64,000 bases of DNA from Erysipelotrichaceae bacterium (GTDB lineage: Bacteria > Bacillota_I > Bacilli_A > Erysipelotrichales > Erysipelotrichaceae). Each line of letters opens with the position of its first letter. Position 1 is the first letter of the stretch. A program made the position numbers and the translations under genes. Shown piece by piece: positions 58,567 through 64,000 of the stretch. The notes beneath the pieces are model-generated. The model was not told the origin of the DNA. It ran no database searches and saw nothing but the letters and a program-made list of their open reading frames with translations. The stretch covers positions 87,638 through 151,637 of the forward strand of contig JBMNIN010000001.1 in assembly GCA_050950925.1 (NCBI GenBank). The letters are read 5' to 3'.

Positions 58567-59994
58567 TTATTCCTTCCTAAAAACATTTAATACACTTGGA
58601 CTTTGTCCTTGAACTATAGCCCAATCTTGAATTCCTAAACCTTTATTACAGTTAAATCTATCAGCTGTAGCTTCAGCTACATTTGTATTGTTTACAAATA
58701 TTCTCATTCCATCACCTTTAAAAGAGCTATATGAAGTAGGCTGTTCACTTGCCTGGTTAGTAACTCTTACTTCTTCCTTAGTTGAATCAACCTGCAGATG
58801 AATCAGTTTATTATTATTGCTATCAACCTGTTGTGCCAATACACCTAAACTGCCTTCCTGTTGATTAACCTTGATATTTACTGAAGCCAGTTTATCTGAA
58901 GCATTATTCACTTGTTCGATGGTAGTTATTAAAGTTTGAACCAATGAGCTTTTAGCATCACCAATTGTCAGTGATATATATTTTTCAGTCAGAACATCAT
59001 AGACTGTCTTGATGATTTTGGCTTTAAAACTTATGCCAAGTGGCTGGTAGATAACCGTTATCTCATCACACAGATCAATTGATTCAATTCCAACTGAAAA
59101 CCTGTATTCATCCGTTTTGGATAAATCAACAAAAGATATCTTTATATTTTCTTTCGGTAATCCCAGTAAACTTACATATTCAAAGCCATAGGCATTCAGC
59201 TCTTGCAAAGTTGGAGTGCTTTCAAAATGAACTGAACAGTCCAATACTACAGTTCGATTAAATGGATAATTGTTCTTATATGGTGAATACTGAATATCAC
59301 CGGTTAAAGTTGAAGTGCCTTCTGGATTAGTCCAGACAGGAAGTACTCCGGTTATGGTTTCTTCAATATTTTCAGTGTAGTTCAAATCAGTGATATTTTT
59401 GCCATATCTTAATTCAACACCATTATCAGAGCCACGATGTAAAGTCACATAAATATCGTAATTATCCCATTTATACTCAATACCAGCACTACCACTGAAG
59501 GTTTGTAAAACGGAGCCTTCAGTTCCGCCTAAACACGCTCTAACTGATTTTGGAACATCAACTTGAAATAAAGTATCAGTATTGGTTATGTCAGTAATAA
59601 AGTTAAATGGGTTATTTTCCAGACTGTTGATTTTTAATCCGTTTAAAGCAGCATTGATGCCAACCGCATTGAATATGCTTACCGGAATATAGTTTAGATC
59701 ATAGCTCAGATGATTAGCATATACCGTTACAAGCTGGTTAATCGGCTTGCTGATTTTATAAATTCTAAAAGCTTGATAAGGGTGTCCATAGTTTGGTTTT
59801 GCTAAAATAATTCTTGATGTTTTTATTTCGTTATAAAACTGGCCAGAAGTTGGATAGACCAATTCAAGTGAATATTCGCCATTTCGTTCTTCAGCAACTT
59901 CACAGCTTAGACAGTCTATCAGCCTTCCAATGCCATTTGTATTAAAACTTGTAGCATTTTCATTGAACAAAACAGGTATCATACTCTCCACCAC
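58567..59994 (-). CDS. Tail-associated protein (Tal, prophage tail endopeptidase family N-domain)
   Basis: N-terminus NTNGIGRLIDCLSCEVAEERNGEYSLELVYP is typical of siphovirus Tal proteins. Position follows Dit. Confidence 0.7.
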   Translation of the reverse strand: MVESMIPVLFNENATSFNTNGIGRLIDCLSCEVAEERNGEYSLELVYPTSGQFYNEIKTSRIILAKPNYGHPYQAFRIYKISKPINQLVTVYANHLSYDLNYIPVSIFNAVGINAALNGLKINSLENNPFNFITDITNTDTLFQVDVPKSVRACLGGTEGSVLQTFSGSAGIEYKWDNYDIYVTLHRGSDNGVELRYGKNITDLNYTENIEETITGVLPVWTNPEGTSTLTGDIQYSPYKNNYPFNRTVVLDCSVHFESTPTLQELNAYGFEYVSLLGLPKENIKISFVDLSKTDEYRFSVGIESIDLCDEITVIYQPLGISFKAKIIKTVYDVLTEKYISLTIGDAKSSLVQTLITTIEQVNNASDKLASVNIKVNQQEGSLGVLAQQVDSNNNKLIHLQVDSTKEEVRVTNQASEQPTSYSSFKGDGMRIFVNNTNVAEATADRFNCNKGLGIQDWAIVQGQSPSVLNVFRKE

Positions 59995-60668
59995 CTCGGA
60001 GTTATCTTAACTTCCGTAAAGCCGGTGAATGTGATTTCATTTTCACCAGTTTTTAAAACCGGGAAATCAGTCAATGTGACGTCATTGTTGCAATTCACAT
60101 CGTTGCTGTAGCAGTTCATAGCTTCACAGTCTATTGTCAATGAGGTTTGAGATGTATTGACCGTCAGTTCATAGTCGCCGATATTTAAAGTTCCGTTACC
60201 TTTGACAGTGATTAACGGCTTGCTGTCAAAAAAAGTGGGATTAGTTAATATATCACCACTTGTTATAGTTGCTTCAGTTAAACCACTTTCAAGATAAATT
60301 TCCGGCCTGCAGTTTATATTTAAACTAAATACTGCTTTGTTTTTGTCTGAATCATCTAATTTAAAGCTGTCATTTCTACCGATTCTGAAGACTCCGACAT
60401 GAACCGAATCCTTTAAAATAAAACCACCTTTCAAGCTCATAAGGTAGTTTTTAAAGTTGTTTATATTGGTCTGCATATCTTTGGTGCAGTAGCATTCTAA
60501 ACGTGCTGTAAAGCTTTTATATCGGTTATTGCTGACAGTTAAGGCTCCATTTCTACCGGCAATTTCAATATATTCAACATCTTCAGTTGCACTGTCAAAC
60601 AGATTGCTGTCAGCCAGATAAATATCAAAATCAGAAGAAGGTGTATTGTTTATTGTAAATATTCTCAT
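59979..60668 (-). CDS. Distal tail protein (Dit)
   Basis: 229 aa. Sequence ...IEIAGRNGAL... and the position immediately after the tape measure gene. Confidence 0.7.
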   Translation of the reverse strand: MRIFTINNTPSSDFDIYLADSNLFDSATEDVEYIEIAGRNGALTVSNNRYKSFTARLECYCTKDMQTNINNFKNYLMSLKGGFILKDSVHVGVFRIGRNDSFKLDDSDKNKAVFSLNINCRPEIYLESGLTEATITSGDILTNPTFFDSKPLITVKGNGTLNIGDYELTVNTSQTSLTIDCEAMNCYSNDVNCNNDVTLTDFPVLKTGENEITFTGFTEVKITPRWWRV

Positions 60669-62518
60669 TACGCAAACACCTTCCTTCCTGCATTTATTTC
60701 GTTCATTATCAACGATTGTACTTCTTCAGCGATTTCTTTAGCGCTCTGATTATCTCTTGCATAAATATTGAAGTTGAAACCACCATAATTATTTGTTGAC
60801 ATATTACCGTTTCCAAAATCAGATGGTATTCTGCTTCTTCCTATCATATTTTCAGCGCTTCCTAAAGTCATGCTTGAAATATCATCCATTGCTCTGGTTA
60901 CACTTTTTGTATTGGCAGTAATACCAACCGCTATACCTTCAGGTATGAATCTGCCTATTTCCTTTTCCATCAGTTTTGATGGTGATTTTATGCCAAAGAA
61001 ATTTTTAACAGCATTAAAGGCATTTTTAGCAATATTTATAAACGATTCAATTAATCTGTCTTTAAATTCTTCAATTCCTTTTTTAATGCCTTTGATTATG
61101 TTCTTGCCTAAATCGACCCATTTAAAAGCAAGAAAAACATCCCATATTGCTTTTACAATATTGCCTGCATTTGCGATCAATGAAGGTATTGCTTTTATTA
61201 AACCTTTAATCAATTCAAGCAGGATTCTAATTCCGGCTTCCAGTATCTTAGGCATGTTCTGATTAATAATATTTGCTATATTACTGATAATCTGTGGCAC
61301 AAATTCGATTAAGGTAGGCAAACCATCCATTAAGCCTTGTACCAAGCCAATAACAAGTTCAATTCCAGCCTCAACCAGTAAACTCATGTTGTTCAGCAGT
61401 TCCTGACTGAAGTTTAACAAAAGAGGCATTGCTTCATTTATAAATGCAGGTATCGATTCTCTTATTCCACCTGATAAACCCTGAATCAATGTTATTGCTG
61501 CTTTTATCAAGGTTGGAACTCCTATAATCAGGCCATCTGCAAATCCTTTCACCAATACTGGTACCTGCTCGATCAATATTGGCGCCATATTGGAAATCAT
61601 TGTTGCCACCGCTACTGGTAGGGTTTGGAACACTGTTGTAATGGCCGGAATTATGTTTGAAGCAAAATCATTTACACCAACCATCAAGTCCTGCAAGGCT
61701 TCATCCAGGTTTAATATGCCCATGCCCTCTTTACCTACCATAGACATAGCCGCCATGACGTTAGTAAAAGCGCCTTTCATTTGCTTTAATGAACCACTGA
61801 TAGTCGAAAAAGCTTCTTTAGCAGTAGTTCCAGTAATGTTTAAATTCTCCTGGACCTTATGAATTGCCTCAACCATCGTTCCAAAGCCAACATCAGCCAG
61901 TTGAGAAACGTCAGTCAGAGTGTAACCCAATACTCCGCTATCGTTGATAAGCCTCATCATTTCGTGAGCAGTGCCTTTATAACCTAATTTAAGGTTGTCA
62001 AGCATAACATAAGAGCCACGTGCCAAACCTTGATAAGCGCTTTGCACCATCGATAAATCACCGCCGAATTTATTGATATTGTCACCCATATCCATCAATG
62101 CCATATTTGCCAGTTCAGCAGCCTTTTGAGTATCACCGCCTACACTTTGCAAAAGTGAAGCACTGAATAAAGTAGCCTGTTCTGCATATTCATTTGCACT
62201 GATTCCGGCAGTTTTCCAGGCATCCTGAGCATAGCCAGCAATTATTGAATAGCTTTCTTTAAACATGGTTTCCAAACCGCCGAAAGACTGCTCGATTTTA
62301 GCTCCTTCAGCAATTGATTGTACAATTACTTTACCTATTGCTGCCGCAGTTATGATTCTTTTAGCAAAGGCAGCAAATTTCTGCCCAAATGTTTTTCCAC
62401 CTTTTTCACCGGCATCTTCCATGTCACCAGTAATTTCAGTTTTTATTTTTCCAGTTGAACCTTTCATTGAAGGTATTATCTGAACATAGGCGGTTGCCAG
62501 TTCTGTTGCCGCTGCCAT
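60668..62518 (-). CDS. Tail tape measure protein
   Basis: 616 aa, Ala/Gly/Ile-rich and helical, with a hydrophobic central region. Canonical position after the chaperone pair. Confidence 0.85.
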   Translation of the reverse strand: MAAATELATAYVQIIPSMKGSTGKIKTEITGDMEDAGEKGGKTFGQKFAAFAKRIITAAAIGKVIVQSIAEGAKIEQSFGGLETMFKESYSIIAGYAQDAWKTAGISANEYAEQATLFSASLLQSVGGDTQKAAELANMALMDMGDNINKFGGDLSMVQSAYQGLARGSYVMLDNLKLGYKGTAHEMMRLINDSGVLGYTLTDVSQLADVGFGTMVEAIHKVQENLNITGTTAKEAFSTISGSLKQMKGAFTNVMAAMSMVGKEGMGILNLDEALQDLMVGVNDFASNIIPAITTVFQTLPVAVATMISNMAPILIEQVPVLVKGFADGLIIGVPTLIKAAITLIQGLSGGIRESIPAFINEAMPLLLNFSQELLNNMSLLVEAGIELVIGLVQGLMDGLPTLIEFVPQIISNIANIINQNMPKILEAGIRILLELIKGLIKAIPSLIANAGNIVKAIWDVFLAFKWVDLGKNIIKGIKKGIEEFKDRLIESFINIAKNAFNAVKNFFGIKSPSKLMEKEIGRFIPEGIAVGITANTKSVTRAMDDISSMTLGSAENMIGRSRIPSDFGNGNMSTNNYGGFNFNIYARDNQSAKEIAEEVQSLIMNEINAGRKVFA

Positions 62519-62520
62519 AG

Positions 62521-62889
62521 TTAATCACTTCCTTTCAGCTTTTTTTCTCTTGCCTTAACAAAATCTTCACCGCTTACAAAAACCTGCAGCTGTTCACTTT
62601 CCTTCTGTAAAAGCATATCTGTTATCAGTTTCGGCTTTTCCTTACTTCCAGCGCTTCCAATCAACGTTAATCTGTCAGCTATTGAAGCAAGAAGCCATAT
62701 TTCTAATGAGTATGGCTGCTCACTTATTTTCAATTTGATTCTTGAATCCGCCCTCAGCCCAACTGAAAGAGTCGCCAGCAGTTTAACCGGCAACTCTCTG
62801 TAGTTGAATACATGATAGGTTTCCGCTAAATCACAAATCAATGAATCTTCATCGGTTACTATCATTGTGGCCAGGGCTATTAATTTTTT
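62521..62889 (-). CDS. Tail assembly chaperone, frameshift extension (gpT-like part of G-T fusion)
   Basis: The -1 frame is open from the slippery AAAAAAT (62889-62883) through LIALAT into the 114-aa ORF that ends at 62521. Confidence 0.65.
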   Translation of the reverse strand, partial: KKLIALATMIVTDEDSLICDLAETYHVFNYRELPVKLLATLSVGLRADSRIKLKISEQPYSLEIWLLASIADRLTLIGSAGSKEKPKLITDMLLQKESEQLQVFVSGEDFVKAREKKLKGSD

Positions 62890-63155
62890 CCTTCTTTCAG
62901 GCTGCTGAAAATTTCAACCAGTTCGTCACTTACCTTTTCAATTGGAACTCTTCCATTTTCAACTTCAAGATGTTTATATAGCAGCTGTTTCTGTTTTCTG
63001 CCTAATACCAGATTAAGCAGTTCAGTAACTGCTACCATTACCAGACTGTCATCACCTGACTGCATATCAGCCAGTGCGTCAACAATTCTCATATCATTCA
63101 AGACTTCTTCGTTTATTTCAAACTCGAATCCACTTTTTGTTTTTCCTTTAATCAT
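62880..63155 (-). CDS. Tail assembly chaperone (gpG-like)
   Basis: 91-aa acidic ORF between the tail tube and tape measure genes. Ends in the slippery heptamer. Confidence 0.7.
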   Translation of the reverse strand: MIKGKTKSGFEFEINEEVLNDMRIVDALADMQSGDDSLVMVAVTELLNLVLGRKQKQLLYKHLEVENGRVPIEKVSDELVEIFSSLKEGKN

Positions 63156-63174
63156 TTAATAGCCCCTTTCTTAA

Positions 63175-63735
63175 TTATGTTGCTGACTTCTTGATATATT
63201 CGTATTGAGCAAACCCATTTGTGTCTGGTGTCTGCAGAATAGTAACATCATAGCCAACTTCTTCACTGTCACTGTAGACAATTTCAGCCATTTCAGTAAT
63301 TGAAGCGCTTGGAATACAGATTCGCTTCAATGCTCCATCTCTCAGGATCATATCAACCACCCAAGCAGCGCTTTCATCATTGATTCCAGCAATCTTGGTT
63401 GAGATTCCAGTTGATATTGTTCCAGTAACGTTTGTTGAGCCAAATACAGCCTTTAAAACGTCTGTATTCATTGTTTCAACGAGCTTAAACTTTGAGGTGA
63501 CTTTTTTCCCCTTATTAAGGGCTAAAACAACATCACCGCCCCACGCTTTAATCTCGTCTGTTTCGTTTTCAATTGCATTTGTCAAACCTTCTTCACCAAC
63601 ATAGCCCAGACAAACAAAGCCGGTTGGCAGTGCAGTTGTTGCATCAGTTGGCAAAGTAAGAGTGGTAGCACCACGATAGATAGCACCACCTATTTTAGGT
63701 TTGGCAGCAGTAACATTTGCCGCAGTTGTTGCCAT
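63175..63735 (-). CDS. Major tail (tube) protein
   Basis: 186 aa. N-terminus MATTAANVTAAKPKIGGAIY...LPTDATTAL resembles TP901-1/phi13-type major tail proteins. Position supports the call. Confidence 0.7.
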   Translation of the reverse strand: MATTAANVTAAKPKIGGAIYRGATTLTLPTDATTALPTGFVCLGYVGEEGLTNAIENETDEIKAWGGDVVLALNKGKKVTSKFKLVETMNTDVLKAVFGSTNVTGTISTGISTKIAGINDESAAWVVDMILRDGALKRICIPSASITEMAEIVYSDSEEVGYDVTILQTPDTNGFAQYEYIKKSAT

Positions 63736-63753
63736 AAGATTTTACTCCTTTCC

Positions 63754-64000
63754 TTAGTAGTAAGTTAAATTAAAAACCGCCTGATAGCGGTACTTCTTTT
63801 GTTGTGTATCTGTAAAATTATAATCTGAGTTGAGTTCACATTTGCTGATAGAGTCAAGTTCATCAATGTCAAGCATTGCCTCAATTACATTTTCATTTAA
63901 TTGAGCTGCTTCATATAAGCTCGTGCCATAGCTTTGAATTGCTACAGTCGCTCTTTTGAGATAAGTATTGCGATTACCGCCGGTTTTCTCAATTCGAACA
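63754..64000 (-). CDS. Phage head-tail joining / tail completion protein, C-terminal part (5' end outside window)
   Basis: Hand translation of the minus strand from 63999: VRIEKTGGNRNTYLKRATVAIQSYG...YRYQAVFNLTYY, stop at 63756-63754. Open to the window edge. Function is inferred from position only. Confidence 0.45.
   Translation of the reverse strand, partial: VRIEKTGGNRNTYLKRATVAIQSYGTSLYEAAQLNENVIEAMLDIDELDSISKCELNSDYNFTDTQQKKYRYQAVFNLTYY

Larger units (their letters stand above)
53527..64000 (-). mobile_element. Prophage (siphovirus-type): tail, lysis and moron end, continuing beyond the window
   Basis: Colinear minus-strand module: tail tube, G/GT chaperones, tape measure, Dit, Tal, fibre, holin, endolysin, accessory genes. 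No integrase lies in the window, so it is presumably at the far end. Confidence 0.8.

Overview
64-kb window from a low-GC (about 30% by eye) Bacillota chromosome. The rsmG-noc-soj-spo0J block suggests it is origin-proximal. About 80% is ordinary housekeeping: PPi-phosphofructokinase, sirtuin, deoD, an OmpR-type two-component system, TPP-riboswitch-controlled thiT, a complete thrB/thrC/hom/aspartate kinase/asd cluster, map, dagK, barnase/barstar, mtnA, pullulanase, an LPXTG-type LRR surface protein and one tRNA-Arg(CCU). Accessory content: (1) an IS1634-family element (17950-19860) flanked by a 277-bp target duplication that leaves the disrupted msrC-like gene intact. (2) A decayed AbiE (abiEi/abiEii) module whose operator is still intact. 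(3) An IS3-family element (51713-53507). (4) The tail, lysis and moron end of a siphovirus-type prophage (about 53527 to beyond 64000, genes on the minus strand). The best candidate for an undescribed system is the self-promoted cassette between the prophage lysis genes and the putative attR. It holds an acidic 205-aa protein, a 44-aa ribbon-helix-helix ORF missing from the supplied track (ATGA-coupled), a roughly 95-nt structured RNA with its own promoter and terminator, and a DUF3800-like protein. Secondary candidates are a SatD/DUF3307 pair with cyclase-like motifs and a 4 x 29-bp upstream repeat array, two tandem paralogous repeat-containing membrane proteins (one carrying a (CCGG)4 tract), and an AAA-CYTH fusion with degenerate catalytic motifs. 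All family assignments come from reading motifs by eye; no searches were run.
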